From: Marsupella aquatica
Lineage: Eukaryota > Plantae > Marchantiophyta
Assembly (NCBI GenBank): GCA_973895155.1
Contig: OZ316897.1
Location: 1,390,515-1,454,514, forward strand
Reading direction: 5' to 3'
DNA: 64,000 nt
Shown: in pieces, positions 1 to 14,481 of the stretch
Numbering within the stretch: position 1 is the stretch's first letter
Layout of the letters: each line of letters starts with the position of its first letter
Notes under the pieces: generated by a model
The model's input: the letters and a program-made list of their open reading frames with translations, nothing else
Told to the model about the DNA's origin: nothing
The model's database searches: none
Program-made: the position numbers and the translations under genes

Positions 1-230
1 AAAGAACAGTAAGATTATAATTCAGCTCGGAAAGTGAGGAAGCGGGATATCACTCGATGAGCAAATTGACAGACAAAGCACGTGATGCCCCGTTTACTTG
101 GCATGACTCCTACGAAGAGCCATCTTCCACTGAGGAACAGAGTAGAGATGCAAAAACAGAGGAAGCTCAAGATAATCTTCAAGAGCGAGAAATTGAGAAA
201 TAAACGATGGCCAACGAAGCTTCAAAGTAC

Positions 231-378
231 CTAGAGCGATGGGGTAGCCCACACCAAGTCCGATTCCACAACCGACCCCAAAGCCAGTCATGAGCTGCCC
301 AATTTTCAGAGTGAAAGTATTTCTCGCTTGGGCGCTCATAGTTGCTGAGTTGCTCATCAATGGAAGAATGCTCTCCAT
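231..378 (-). CDS. Probable first coding exon of a host gene (Gly-rich conserved plant-type protein); gene continues off the left edge
   Basis: Translation ..FTLKIGQLMTGFGVGCGIGLGVGYPIALG is followed by a GT donor (CTAG|GTACTT at 230 on minus). The start could be the ATG at 378, 357 or 339. Confidence 0.55.
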
Positions 379-1346
379 TAATCACAGTGAATTCAGCTGC
401 GCCTCATTCTGCTCAGTCGTCTTGAGGATTCAACTTCTTTCAAAATAGACTACAGACAGAAAACAGGATTGCTGCTGGGCATAGGACTTGGGCCCAGAGC
501 ACAGTCCCACACCAATCCAATCCCACCGCTTGCAACGTAATTTCGAGAACACAAGGAGGAGGCAAGGCAAGGCTTGTTTCGGGCTGTTTCCCTTCTTTCT
601 TTTTACTAGCCCCTACTACCCCTTCGTCCCTTTTTTTTTTCTCGTTTTACTAGCCAATGCTACCTCTTCTTTGAACCTAGTAGGCAACAATAAAATCAAG
701 AACTATAATACAAGGTTGCGCCTTTTTATGCAGCGGTAGTCATTCAAAGCGGTCGTCTTTCAAAAATACAGTGCCAAGAAAAGAAGTAACCAATAAACAG
801 AAGGGATAAAACCAAAAGCAAATTAAATATAGTGTGAACCAAAAAGTACAGTAAATCTTTTCACACAAACAGTAATCAATTGGTGTACACAAAAAACAAA
901 AAATGTAACTAACCCTCTTGCATGCACTTTTCACACAAATAATGGTGGGAACAAAAGACAAGAATGTACCTAACCCAGTTGTATGCAAGAGTATCATAAG
1001 TGATATATACCATATCCTCTAAAAATGGATATGGTATTATTTACAAACTCAAGAAAAAATGGGAACAATCCTAGGTCTTAAGTAAAAATTTGTTTTTCTG
1101 TAAATGTAGGATCCATCCATATCTCTATTAATCTGGATTACCTCTGCCCAAGCTACCCATAACCTACCTCAACCCAACCAAGATAAAAAATTAAAAAATT
1201 GAATATTATTAAAAAATAATTATTCAAATTGAGACTTAAAGAATTGGATAAGAACTTTAAAGTTTGAAAAAACTTGAGTATTAATAATGTATATATGATA
1301 TTAATTTCTCAAAAAATTTAAAATTTAAAATATTTTTTTCTATCAC

Positions 1347-3700
1347 TTGGTTGTGCTTGGACTCTGTGTTGCGGTGACTATTATCTCAGCCTCCAATTTC
1401 TATGTGCAGTGCACGAGTTGTTGCACACCACCACAACAACTCTACCTTGCCTTGACATATTTTTCTCATCTCGCCATTTTTTCTGACATTGACATTTTAT
1501 CTCATGACAATTTTTTCTCACCCTCAACATCGTTTAGGTCTTTGATATATTTTCTCACCTGACTTGACATCTTTTCTCACCTTGACATCATTATCTCACC
1601 ACAACATCTTTCCCTCATCCTCGACATATTTTCTCTCCTCAACGTTCTTTTCTCACCTCGCCATGTTTTTTCTCTCCTCAACATCACCTCGACTTCTTTG
1701 TCTCACCTCAACATCTCTTTATGTCATTGACATTTGTTTTCACCTGACCTATTTCTCAACTTCACATTTTTATCTCACCACAACATCTTTCCCTCACCCT
1801 CAACATCTTTTCCTCATCTTTACATATTTTTCTCACATCGCCATCTTTTCTCTCCTTGACATAGTTTTTGCTCTACTTCTTTTTCTTAGCTCAACATCTC
1901 TTTTTCTCATCAACATCTTTGTTCACCTCCACATCTTTTTCTCACCTCCACTTCTTTTTCTCACTTCAACTTCTTTTTCTCACCTCAACATATTTCTCTC
2001 ACCACACCATCTTTTGTGCAACTTTTGTCTTAACAACGTCTTTTGTACTTAACAACAACTTTTCTCTTAACGGCAACTTTTCTCTTAACGGCAACTTGGG
2101 CAACGTGGCATTTCTTTTCTTAAGGACATATTGGGTGCCACAACATCTTGGGTGACACAATATCATTTTTCTTAAGTGCATCTTGGGTGTCACAACATTT
2201 TTCTTCTCAACAACATCTTGGGTGACACGATATATGTTTTCTTCATTAATGACACATTGGGTGACACAACATTTTTTTTCTTCATGACATCTTTAGTTGG
2301 GCGACACTAAATCTTCTTTCTTAACGACATCTTGGGTGACACCACATCTTTTTTTTCTTAACGGCATCTTGGGCGACACAACATATTTGTTCTTAATGAC
2401 ATCAAGGGTGGCACAACATCTTTTTGTCTTAACGACATCTTAGAGGACACGGCATCTTGGGCGACACGACATCTTTTGTGCAACGCACGGGTATTGAGCT
2501 ATAAAGCATGATTTATATGATTTATAAATATCATTCTATATTCACTAGTTTCATTCTTTAAATATTAATGAAATATGATAAAAAATAATAATGATTCATG
2601 TTATATATAATATGCTATCAAGTATGTGTATATTGTCTTTACATGCACATATACTCTCATTCATGTCATACATAATTTATTATAATGTCTTTGCACTTCT
2701 TTGTTGCATGCACATTTCTTTTGGTGGGGCCCTAGAGTCACGGGTTAGAGGCTTCCCCTTCGAGCTTTATAAGTGACATAACACACTCCATGCCATTGTG
2801 GCATAGAGTAGACCTGAGATTTACAACAGTACAACTGTCTTCTACAAAGAGAGTTTTCTACCTAGGACATCTCAAAGCTTTCATGATGGCCTTGGGCAAT
2901 TGCTTTTTCTTTGCGGCAGGGTTATTAAACTTTTTTTTCACTAGCATCTAAGGTGACTATTGGTCATGGCAAAAAATTATGGAATATAATTTTGGTAGCA
3001 CATATATTACTTTTTTGTAACCTAACCTAGTGGTTAACGTCCATCAAGTTTTAAGATTTGAGACCCCCTATTTATGAGAGTCCACACTCATGTGACTTTA
3101 ATTAAGGTGACTAGGTTGAAGTATGCACAAAAGGGTTCCCCATATTGTCTCTATTCATAAGCATTATCAAATTATCAAAATTTGTTCTTATGAGAGAAAT
3201 TAAGACCTACGGTTTCAGAGTAGATCTTGAATTATAGTATGAATTGCGCATTGCATAAAAGATGTCAAGGAAAAGATGGTGATAAGAGAAAGAGATGTTG
3301 AGGTGAGAAAAGATGTTGAGGATAGAAAAGATGACGAGGTGAGAATGTACGTCGAGATGAGGGAAAGATTGAAGAATAGATGTCAAAGGGAGAAAAGATG
3401 TTGAGGGTGAAGGAAAGTTATTGTGGTGAGATAAAGATGTCAAGGTGAGAACAAGGTAACTTGGTAAGATGTCAAAGTGAAAAATATGTCTAGATGAGAA
3501 AAGATGTCAAGCCAAGTGAAAAAGGTTGCCAAAGAAAGAAAAAAGGTTGACGATGAGAAAAATACGTAGTGATGAGATAAAGATGTGAAGGCAAAGTAAA
3601 GTTGTTGCGGTGGTGTTGCTGTTCAATAACTTGTGCATTGCACATAGAAATTGGAGACTCGAGATAAACATCATAACATCATAGAACCCAAGAAACAAAG
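1347..3700. repeat. Degenerate long inverted repeat (foldback-like) built from low-complexity TTCTCACCTCAACATC-type units
   Basis: 1382-1460 (TATCTCAGCCTCCAATTTCTATGTGCAGTGCAC..) is the approximate reverse complement of 3585-3666. CT-rich units at 1450-2030 are mirrored by GA-rich units at 3260-3590. Further ACATCTTGGGTGACAC tandem units lie at 2130-2480. Confidence 0.65.
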
Positions 3701-6700
3701 CTTGGATGGACTGGAAGGTTGTCTCCCATCATCTTCATGCATTGTGACACATAAATTGAGCAGTTTACACCTAATGATGACATAATCTAGATAATAAATG
3801 TTTTCATTGACTGTTTACCTACATTTTAATTACGAAGTATGTGTGCACCTTGGAGTGAATTGAAAACATGCATGGAATGGACTGAAATTTTACATTTAAC
3901 TTCTATTCAAAAAAAATTAGTATTTTCGCAACGGCAAAGTACTCGAAGTGCTTATTGTAACAAGAGGAGTGAGCGCTCATTGAAAAACATAATTTCTTGG
4001 AGCTCCGCAGTGAAAAAATTACTTAAAGTGCTCTTTGTGACAACAACAATGCTCTCTGGAAAATAGGATTTCTCAACAATACTCCTTAGAATAAAGTCTG
4101 AGATAGCTTTGCAGCAGCAAAATAAGTCAAAACCCTCCGTGTCACAAGAGTGGCATTCTATGAAAAATATGATTCCTAAAAATGTTTTGCAAATTAAAAT
4201 GTACTTTAGCTTTGCATTGGCAAAATTACTATAGTCTAGTAACAAGAACAATACTCTAGTTTCCTTGGTGTAAATTGTTCTATGATCTGGTTCATGGGTT
4301 GTTTGCTTCCCATTTTTGGGGGGTTTTTGCAGTCCATTATAAATAGTATTCTTGAATAAAATTGAGTTCAGCTTGTTTTTTGTAGTAAGTGAAGGAACTA
4401 CTTGAGGTGCTATGAGTAAAATGTGAAGTGGTCTGCACATAGTTTCATTGACCATAAAGGCTAGCTAAGGTGCTCAAACACCTGAATGTACCTTAATTTT
4501 TGTCTTTTTTATTGAACTCTAAAAACATGGCTAGAGTACTATCTGGAGGGAAAAGGATAATATATAAGAGAATAAAACCCCCAAATAAAGCAAAGCTTGC
4601 AATCACGACTCTTATGGTAAGTGACATGATATCTTTTGGACATAAGTGATCATGAAATCACAGACAAAATTTGTGTTGAGCATAGACGACATTCACAACG
4701 GCAAGTCCATGAACCATCCAACGCACAAGAGTCGACACAGAGGAATACGTGGTTCACATCCACATGAGGCTACGTCCACGGGAACACACAAGAGCTTTAC
4801 TACACTCTAGGATACCAAGCATCCATAACACAAGCTCTCCCTCTCTCTCAACTAGCTCCATAACAATAAGTCTAAGTTCCACCCATGGTCTGGCATCAGC
4901 CCTGGTTATATGCACAACAGCACTACCGCTAACATTAGCTAAGTCCTAACCGGAGTTAGACTAACTGTGGTTAGCTCATGAGTCACAAGATTAGAACAAT
5001 ATAACAATTTGTTGGATAGAAATTAATGATAACCTGACAGGGTAGTATGGAGAGAAGTGTAAAGAACAACATTCAAGCATATATTTGTGCATTAATCCAG
5101 TCCATCAAAGTTTGGCTTGTCCATGGGGCCTTCATGGACAATGTATCATAAGTTCTAGAAACCCAAACTTTAAGTTATAGAACCCAAGCTATAAACATTT
5201 TATATATTTTATTTATATTCAAGTTTATCCAATTCAAAGTCTATCAAAATAAGCTCATATCCAATTCTTTACATTTCAAGTTTAATTAATTTTAACTAAT
5301 TTTCATTTAATTTCTCATCTCCGTCAAGTTTGGGCAGGCTAGGGACAGCTTGGACATAGGCAATTGAAATTAGAAAGGGTTTGGATATGTGGTGCCAGAA
5401 GAAGAAATTTTTAATGGAAGGCTACAACTGGTTCTTGCTTTTCTTGAGTTTTTAAAGGGACAAAAAAGACACCCGTGATAGAGTATTATAGAGGTAGGTA
5501 AATATATAAATAAGAGTTGGGGTTCCATTTTAGTGTGTTGTGGCAGAATTGGGGTGAGTTGACTCTTATTTAGGCAGTTACTCTTATTTAACTTACCCAA
5601 TACTAATGAATCCGAAATTGTAATATGATTGCATTGGTCATAACTAAAATGCTTAAGTGGTGTCACATGAAGGGAAAAATTATTATTTGTAACTTATTAT
5701 GCAAGTCGTTAAAGTAGTCGTTAAAGTAGTTATAGTAGAGTTGACCGAGGAGAAGCACGCTATTGGATTGGAATGCTGAACAACGTCGGAGATGAAGATG
5801 GAAATGCTGAACAAGGCAGGAGATGAAGAAAGTGGACTGCTAGCTCGCGGGTCGATATATGCCAAGCGGAAAATTGAATGTTGAATGGCACATTGGTGCG
5901 CTAGGTGAGACGACGTTCTCTAAAAGAGGAAACGGAGCTTGTCAGTTGTCATATGATGAAACCCCGTGAGTGAACACGAATCGTAATGCTATTCGTTAGG
6001 TGATTCCTGGATCTGGGTGGAGATCTGGATACTTCCTGAGTGCGCTGCTTGTTTTGCCGAAAGACACGGAGGTTGTTGATTGCAATCCAAATGGCGTTCA
6101 TTTGATCACTTCTGTATTTTACCTGAAAGTCATCGTTTCAAATGGCGTGACCCATCTTCTAATCACAAGGCAATGCATAAATTCACAGCACAGAAAACTG
6201 TCAATGAACAACGTTAAATCTAGGAATTGTTCAGCTGTAGAAAATTGAGCTGCAACTGAATTTGGAGATCTGAGCTCTAGCCCATTAGTGAATGACTCTG
6301 AATGCAATCTCTACAGGGACATAGATTATTTGGAGCTACGCAGAGGACTTGCAGAACGCCGTAATAGAAGAAAATTTCTGTAATTTTTGATGTGGCCCAC
6401 ATGCCGTTGCTTTGAGCCCACTGCCACCTGGATCTGAAGTGAGGTCGATCGCTACGGTGAAGGCATGATAATTGACACACCTGGTCCCAGTACTGCCGTG
6501 ATTGTCGCGAACGCACTCTTTGATATGAGACGGAATAGATGAGATTTGCTTCTCCCTGCTTCTGTGCAATCTCTATGGATTAGCTTCTGTGCAGTCTCTG
6601 TGGATTACAAATTGTTTTCGCCCGGGAGAGCGGACTTAAGATACAAAGAAGGATGAAATGATGTTACTCGTGGTTGTTCTGTCTCCTTGTTATTTTCATC

Positions 6701-8177
6701 GACTACGGTAGTCAAATCCCGATTCCCCATCTGCACCTCTTTTTTGCTCACGGAGCTTCATGCTACGCGAGAGTGTCTTCACTTCACTTTACTCTAGTGT
6801 ATGTTGTGACCTTGATCACCGCAGCTTGGAACTGGAATGCTATCATTACCGGAAGTATGGTCGAAAGTTCATACGTTCCTTCCAATAATTGATACCCTGT
6901 TCGTCATCAATCCAGTTTGGAGCTGTGCTATCCATTTTTGGGATCGTGCAATGATGGACTCCAGCTGGGATATGATCTGTGAGTGGAATGGGGATGGATG
7001 GTACAAGGCGACTTCCAGTAAAACGGGGACAGGAGCGGTATTCTGTTCAGTCCACTTGGCAGCTGAGATCCCATCTTAGTAAAGGGTTGTGGAACAACTT
7101 CAACGGGAAGTTGGCTGACTTGGCTCGGTGGTAGCAGCACTGTCGTTCAGTAGTACTGTTGTCAGTTCACCTTGAATCTGGAATCCCACGTGTCAGGATT
7201 GTGCAACGTCTTCCCTGGGAAAGTGGGTGAGGCAATGGGTACACGGTCGATCAGTCTACTTTGAAGCTGACATCCCAAAGACGACGAGGATTGTGAAATG
7301 CTGCACTCAAGATTCAGAGTGCGTCTTAAACTTGCACAGTAGATGCAGTAATTTTCAGTGAGGGGAAGCTGGCACGGTGAAGCTGTTGTCCTTCCCGCGT
7401 TCAGGATTGTGGACAAGCTGGCACGGTGAAGCTGGTGACCTTCCCGGGTTCAGGTGTGTGGACTGCTGGGCGACTGGTGGGAATGTGCGAAAGTGGTTGA
7501 GGCGGGACACGGCAGGAGACGGTGTGGTTTGGTCGCCTTCAAATTGCAACTGCTGAGACGCACTCGAGACATGACCCCTCCACCTCCACTTTTGCACTAA
7601 GCACTGCAACAGGGCAGGGAATTTCGGTGGCGGAGAGAGTAGTTTTGATTCGTCAAATCGTTGCTCTTCTTCAGGCAGGCAGATAAGAATGTGTCCGGGG
7701 AATGTGTGTTTTCGATTCGACGTCTCGTTTCACATTAGGAAGGTCTGAGTGCCGTGTGTGTGGTACTCTCGTTTGTGGCCTTCGGTTGTAACGATTATCT
7801 GGACTTCATAGCCTCGCTATGAATGGCCGTTGCTCGGAGGAAGCGGAGCTGTAGGAAAGTACACTTCATCGCTGCCGCTGACGCGTTGACTCTCCGAGAC
7901 TAGTACATTACAAATCATTGTCGGAGCCACGGAATGCGAGCTGAGAGGAAGCTCTGCTGGTCTCGACAAATGCACAGCAGATCAGTTTTCTTCGCCTCGG
8001 CGTTCATGGTTCTTAGGCAGTGGAACCCTGGCCCGTCAGGGTAATAAATCTCCCGTCCCAGCGAGCTGACAAGTTTCTCTACGAGTATGATTTTGGACTT
8101 GAAGAACTTTTCTGATTGCAGAGGGAACAATATTAGAAGCCTTGTCTCCACTGTGGGAGGCATCCGCTGCACCTGAA

Positions 8178-8760
8178 ATGGCTTTTCTCATTGACTTGGT
8201 TTCGTACGCCATATCCCAGCTGCTCAGCTATGCAATACTGGCAGTTTTTGGTGTCCCCGCAATTCTGGCGTTCAACTTACTGAAGCAGTCGTCCACGGTC
8301 TTCCGCACGTTGTGGACTCTCTTGTCAACTCCATAGCAAACATTGTCGTGACTACCATTTCCAATACGGCGAGCCTTTTTTACTACACCATCAAAGGCTT
8401 CGTCTTCAACATTCTGGTTACGGTACTGTATGGTCTTATAAGGCATCTTCTGAGGGCTGTCTTCGAGTTAGCATCTCTCATAGCATCATTAGTCTCGAAC
8501 GCCGGGTGAATGACGAGCTGATCTTCGTACAAAGTCTGGAAAAACTCATCTGAAGCCATCGATGGCTTTATCCAGAAAATGTAGCACACTGTTTCGATCG
8601 ACTTTTCTTATGGGAACACTGATACTCGATCCGGCAAGAAGTTGAACTCGCTCAATTGGCCCAATCTTGCTGCTAGAGGTTCTAAGCGAAGAGGAAAACT
8701 TTCCAAGAGGATGATTATGAACAGACACTACTGTTATATGTAGGGTCTACTGAATATCTC
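8178..8760 (+). pseudogene. Possible frameshifted remnant of a hydrophobic/membrane protein gene
   Basis: Overlapping hydrophobic ORFs 8142-8336 and 8312-8509 (MAFLIDLVSYAIS..; DSLVNSIANIVVT..). No recognisable motif. Confidence 0.2.
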
Positions 8761-11700
8761 GAAGAACATTGACTTTGGGGATCTCTTGGCTTGCGTGAGG
8801 ATATTGACTGCTGGCCTATGAGCGAGGCAGTTGAACGGATGAGCTTTCAATCGTCCCTTCACGAGATGGAAGAACTCATCAATGTGATTCTGCTGGGTCC
8901 AGAGCGTGAGCACATACAGTGGCAAATTGAAGTTTGGTAGGGGACATTCGAACAAATCAAATCGTGGTTTTCTCTTTCTTCATGGGTCGAAGTTGAGATC
9001 TTGCTGCGCCATTACCACTGATCAGCCTTCCCTCCAGCGACAGGATCAAGGTTTGGGGATTCGGAAAAAAAACGAGGCAGAGAAGCAGATTCTGAACAGG
9101 GTTTTGGTCAACTTGCAAGCAATGACATTCTTTGAAGGTCCCTCTTAAATGGAGGCAAAATACTTCATTTACACATTAGCTTCGTTCAAACATGTCCTTG
9201 CAACGAATCCCCTAGACAGGAAGTGGCAGTGGATGTGCCATGTAGAAAATCAGTAAAGACTGTAGATGATTTTGGACGCTTGAGTCTCAGTTTCTTGAGT
9301 CACAGTCTCGAGTCTCAATCCTCAGTGTGCAGTATTATGTGTGATTTCATGTGACATGAAATTAGAGTGACACCAGAGATAATGTGAGTCACATTATTTT
9401 ATGTGAGATGTAAAATTTGAACGGCTACTCAATTAGTGTGACTATCATTAATTGGGGTGGACAGTGCTTTGTAGCATATCAAAATGTATAGGATTGAGGG
9501 CATATGGTCTCCTTTATAGGTTATGTGGCTACCCAATATTCACCCCCGTAAGGAAAATTGTATAATCGGAAAGGAGACCTTATGGATTTGATTGTACTTT
9601 CAAGTCCTGTGCTCACGTGTGGTTGGACCTCCTGACATTTCTTTCTATTATTTTTGTCACTCTCTGCTTTGCACCAAGACCATATAGCTTATAATGAGAT
9701 ATATGGTCCCAACCGTCACTTTGTCCCCAGAGCACGGCGATAGTCCTGGTCTAAGTTTCATGCTAGACTGTTGATCGCACTTCATTAGAAATGTACCACT
9801 ATGAAAGGAAATGGTTACCTGGTAGCTGTCCCGCTCCCATTGTGGAACTGTCTCCTCTCACCACACCACCATCTTCTACACTCTACCCTGCACCAGATAT
9901 TTCTCACAAGAGCATTGTGTCCATCTCTTACATTCTGATGGACTGAGTATATATAGCATGTTCATCCTACTACATGCCTATTTCGACTTATCTGAAAATT
10001 GAAATGAGGAGACATTTTACTTTTAACCCTAATTTATGAAAAAATAAGTATTGAAAGAATGATTATAAAAAAGTTAATGAAAAAATTACACACCTTTTTA
10101 AAAGTGAGAAAAATACAATATTACATGTGCATTAATTGAAAGATATTACAGTAGTTAATGTACCTGTAAAAGTACAACACTTTATGATTCAAAAAGAGAA
10201 GAGCGTGAACTACTTAACTTTGTTTTTTTTATTTAATTTTCTGCTCTATGTGGGGCTCTTTATTTAGGTTCCACCTGTTCATCAATAAACCACTAACAAT
10301 GTAATTCCTATGACCAATGGTATATAAGGTGCACTCATCAATGAATAGTGTACTAGTTGCTTGGTTGAAGGGTCGAACCTATGCCCCTCAAAATGTTTAG
10401 GGAACCTAATAAAAACTATGCCCCTTAGAATGTTAAAGAACCTATGCCACTCAAAAAACATGTAAGGGACCTAATAAAAACTAAGTAAATTTAAAAATTT
10501 AAGGGGGCTGTCAAAAATGACTAAATTCTAAATAATACATGACTAAAACATGGATTAGGCCAAATTAACATAAAATACATTTCAATTAAAGTGAATGAGA
10601 CAAGATAACCAAAGAGTGTTCCACCATATAGCAGCCTCAATCTCCATCCAGGACCAAGGAGATCAATCTCCATCCAGGACCAAGGGCAAGTTGTGCTACA
10701 GTTTGCATTATGCCCTCACCACTAAATGGAATTGAAATATTCATGAACTGTAACATATCAGTATGAGCTAACTTAAAGCAATAATGAAAAGGGCTTAATC
10801 CAAATTTAGTTTGAAATGGGGTTGACGTGGCAATGTTGCACTTGTTTAGGGGCAGGCTACTCAAAGCTGGTATCTTTACACCAAGTCCATTTGGTGCGGA
10901 CATTTGATAGAGAGAAGTGCCAGATTTGTTGTTTTGTATTGTTTTAGTAGTCATGGAAAAGAAAGCCCTGGCTTGTTTGAGTAGGTATCAGAGCCCAGAA
11001 TGCACTAGAAACAAGGGTGTTAGGACTCTGCTCTTGTGTCCATTCAACAGAGCGTTGATGGCAAATTTACCTTTCTGCTTCAGTTTTTGATTTGTTCCCA
11101 TGAGTTAGTTTGGCATCTTGTGATGCCAATGAAAACTCCTGATGCTCCGACTTTTTTCATGAACAAAGCTGGAGTGTCATTTCTTGTTCTAGAAATGGGT
11201 CCCAGGCCAGAAATCTTTTTAAATGAACTATGACAGTTACAAATCCCTTCAGTTGAATGAAAGAGCCAAATTTGCAAATGATTGGACCACACTTGGGGGT
11301 GCTCCAAAAGGTTAGACAAAATAAGCACTCCACATCCGCATATACTTGGGCTCAGTCCTTGCCATGTATGATTGGTAGATTGGTAGACATGTACCTGAAT
11401 GGCCCCCCGGAGTGCTTGTAAATAATTAGCCATTTCCACTCATTGTAGAGTCCAAGCTTAATCCATAGGGGATAAAAACAAGGCAATGGGCCCAGTGCCT
11501 TGTCAAGCCACACTAAGTCAAAAATCTTCAATAGTGGGGGAAAGGGGGCTATTTGTACTCCCACACTTAAGTTAATAGAGGGTGTCAATGTTAAACCAGG
11601 GGAACATTTCATGGGCAAGCCTTGTTTGCCATAGAGAGTTTGACTATCAAACTGGCAAAAAGGTCAAGAGGGAGCAAAACATTGTTTGGCCAATTATTGA

Positions 11701-12899
11701 CGATGGGCAGGCCTTGGTTTGCAACAGAGTGCTTGCATTGATGCAAAGTACTCCCGAAAACTATGACACTTTTGCCGATTTATTTGAGGCACTTAGAAGT
11801 CTTAGAGAAGTCTCAAACTTTGCCAGCATAGAGATTATATGTATTAGTGGAGTACCCTGGAAAAGTTTCACTTCATTCTGGTGTATAGTTTAGAAGTTAA
11901 AATTCAGACAAAGTCATTGTTTATTAGTTAGCACAATCACTGACGCTTTTCAAAGCATCTGCCAGAACATTGATGCTTTAAGAAGCGTCCATTGCATTTT
12001 CAAAGTTTCCAGCGACATCCATTTTTGACACTTTAATTTCTTTTCATCTTTTCTAGGATTATCTTTTTAGGTGTTTGAGGTCTGAAAAGGCATGTCTTTT
12101 CAGTTCCTTCTTGTGTTAGAATTCTAATCCTATAAGACCCCTTAGAATATCTGTTTTTAGGGGGGGACAAAATTTTATTCAATAATCAGATTTCTGGATA
12201 GGTTCCACCTTCCATTTCAACAAGAAGGTCTTGTATAGAAGTAAAGCACGTGTTTATAAATTTGTGAATGAATTCAGGAGATTCCTTTTGGTGACTGAGT
12301 TTGATCACAAGCTTCTGAGATTCCCATCGAATTCACGACTAGGCTTGCTCGATGTGACGAGATTAGCTAGCTAATTCAATGATAGATTTGAATTGGAAGG
12401 AGGAAATTCCATTTTCAGAGTATCAAAGTACTGTTGTTTTACTTTGGCATATGTATTATAGTTTGATTTGAATTGCTGACAATCAAACCATATTGACAAC
12501 ATTTTAATATATATCTCAGTAAAACCAACCAGAAATGTACTATGGGTTTGATGAGCAAAAGATTCTTTTATTTCACATCTTTATGATCCCAAAAGGAGAG
12601 TCAGTGAATTTGTTATGATAATTTAATTTTGTCTATACTAAAACCATAGTCCTTTCCAAAGGGGTGGCAATAGCAAATTAAAACAAATATAATCACAGAT
12701 TAAACTTCTTTTTGATCCATAACTCAAGGGTTATTTTTTCCTTGTGTCTTTTGTTAATTTTATCCTTTTCAGAAGTTTGACAATTATAGAGCAAGAGCTC
12801 AGATAAACTACTCAAAACTATTAATTCATTCAATTCATTCCAAATCTGTTCTTAAAGGGACTGAATTTTGAGTTTAATGAGGTATATTGTTACTTTATG

Positions 12900-13847
12900 T
12901 TCTTTTGGTCATACGACACATTGATCCGTGTCGATATTCCTTTTCAAGATGTTTGCAAAGCACCAGTGTACAAGTGCTTGCACGGGAAGTAGGCTCTTTC
13001 CATGGACTCCATGTACATGAAATTCTTGGAGGAGCAACTTGGGAAAGCACATATCTGTACGCAATGTATTGAAGTTTGCCCCCTGTAAGTGTTGTTCATC
13101 ATGAGCCTCACGCCTATAGCATTCCCTATTTCAATTCTCCTCATTGATGTGCACACAATTGCCTCAGTCTTAGCATTACAGATACATGTGGCAACGTACT
13201 TGGAGGTGTCTGACCTCCTTTGCCTTGCCTTGCCTTGTCATTGTGTCAAGTACCACGCTTGTCAGGCATTGATCTATCCGCTCTGGGTATGTGACATTCA
13301 AATCCATTATGCCCACCATTATGATGTCGCCATCACTCACCAATTCATTCATAACATCTTCACCAAAAATAACCTCCACTCCATTGTTGTGAAGGAAGGG
13401 GCCGGACCTCTTTTTTTGAAAGACTAGTTCCACGAGAGACAGGAAGCTTTGAAGGTAATGGTGGTAAAACACCAGGAATGAATGACAAAAAGGATTTTGT
13501 GCAACAGTGGTTGTTTGGGCAAAACCAATACGGATATGGAACATCTGGTTTGTTAAATTTACTCCCAGGTAGCCAATAGATACCAACAACGCCTAATCCA
13601 CTTATATTTACTCGTGCCTCTCTAATAAATTGAGCATACTCCCTGTTCCTTGCCTTTGAATGCACCTGACTCTTACCAATTGTTGAGATGCAAGCCAAAA
13701 AGAACATGCCTCGAACCAAATCACTTTCATGAACATGTTTGGGGTTCCACAATGATGACATCTAGTTTGCCCGAGCCACGAGACAACAGATCCAAAACTT
13801 CAACATCCGGAATTTTCAAGTTTGCATCCATCTTTGGGGCCCGACCT
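12900..13847 (-). pseudogene. Degraded C-terminal fragment of an older related MULE transposase (SWIM zinc finger)
   Basis: VQICAFPSCSSKNF..YFPCKHLY (12944-13156), YWFCPNNHC and LNVTYPERID align with VQICIFPCCSCEDF..FMPCKHLY, VWFCPTRDC and INIDVFPEKID of ORF 14482-15777. Confidence 0.7.
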
Positions 13848-14110
13848 CCGTGACAGGAAACAGGAAACAGTGATGATCATAACAGGAAAAATAGTTGAAC
13901 AAAACAGGAGAAATGGTAATATCATTGAGAAAAAACGGCTTAATTTTGGACCAAACCAAAGAAGTCAAATTCAACATCAACTCAAAAAGATGGGGAAAAT
14001 GACAATTATCGGAAGATGCCTTTACTAGCGCTTAGTCCTAACCAAGCGTTTGATACCGTTACAAAATATCACTAACAAAATACCCGCTCACCATCTACCG
14101 GAATGATCAG
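13848..14110 (+). repeat. Left terminal inverted repeat of the MULE
   Basis: CCGTGACAGGAAACA..GAACAAAACAGGAGA..TAATTTTGGAC..TTTACTAGCGC..TAACAAAAT..GAATGATCA matches the reverse complement of 25264-25530 block by block. Confidence 0.85.
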
Positions 14111-14481
14111 AGGATAACGGTTTCTAAGGCAAGAAAAGGTCATCCTCGAGAATGCATGCGAAAGAAATCCACACGTTCAGACCTAGACTACAAACTGAAA
14201 CCAAGTAAGGAAATGAAGTCTAGCGCCGGGCGCTAACAAAATTGAAGTCCAAGTGACGATTGAATACAAAGAAATCTCCGTTACCCGTACAATGAAATTT
14301 ACACATCCGTAAAATTGTAAAAACAAATTAAGTGTTTTGTGCAACCCACAAAAGATTGAGCCGTGTTGAAAAGCAACCAAAGGTTGTTTACTAGCGCCGG
14401 GCGCTAACCAAAACAAAGTTACCGTTACGAAACGACAAGTCCTACATACCCGTTGAACGTAAACTAGAATACTAAACCTTC

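Noticed and set aside
1347-2193. Phe/Leu/Ser-rich ORFs
   Set aside because: Artefacts of low-complexity repeats.
10637-11893. Short ORFs possibly from a decayed retroelement or virus
   Set aside because: No diagnostic motif recognised; needs a tBLASTx search.
13838-13847. 10-bp TSD for the MULE (GGCCCGACCT vs GGAAAAACCT at 25531-25540)
   Set aside because: Only 6 of 10 positions match; not supportable.
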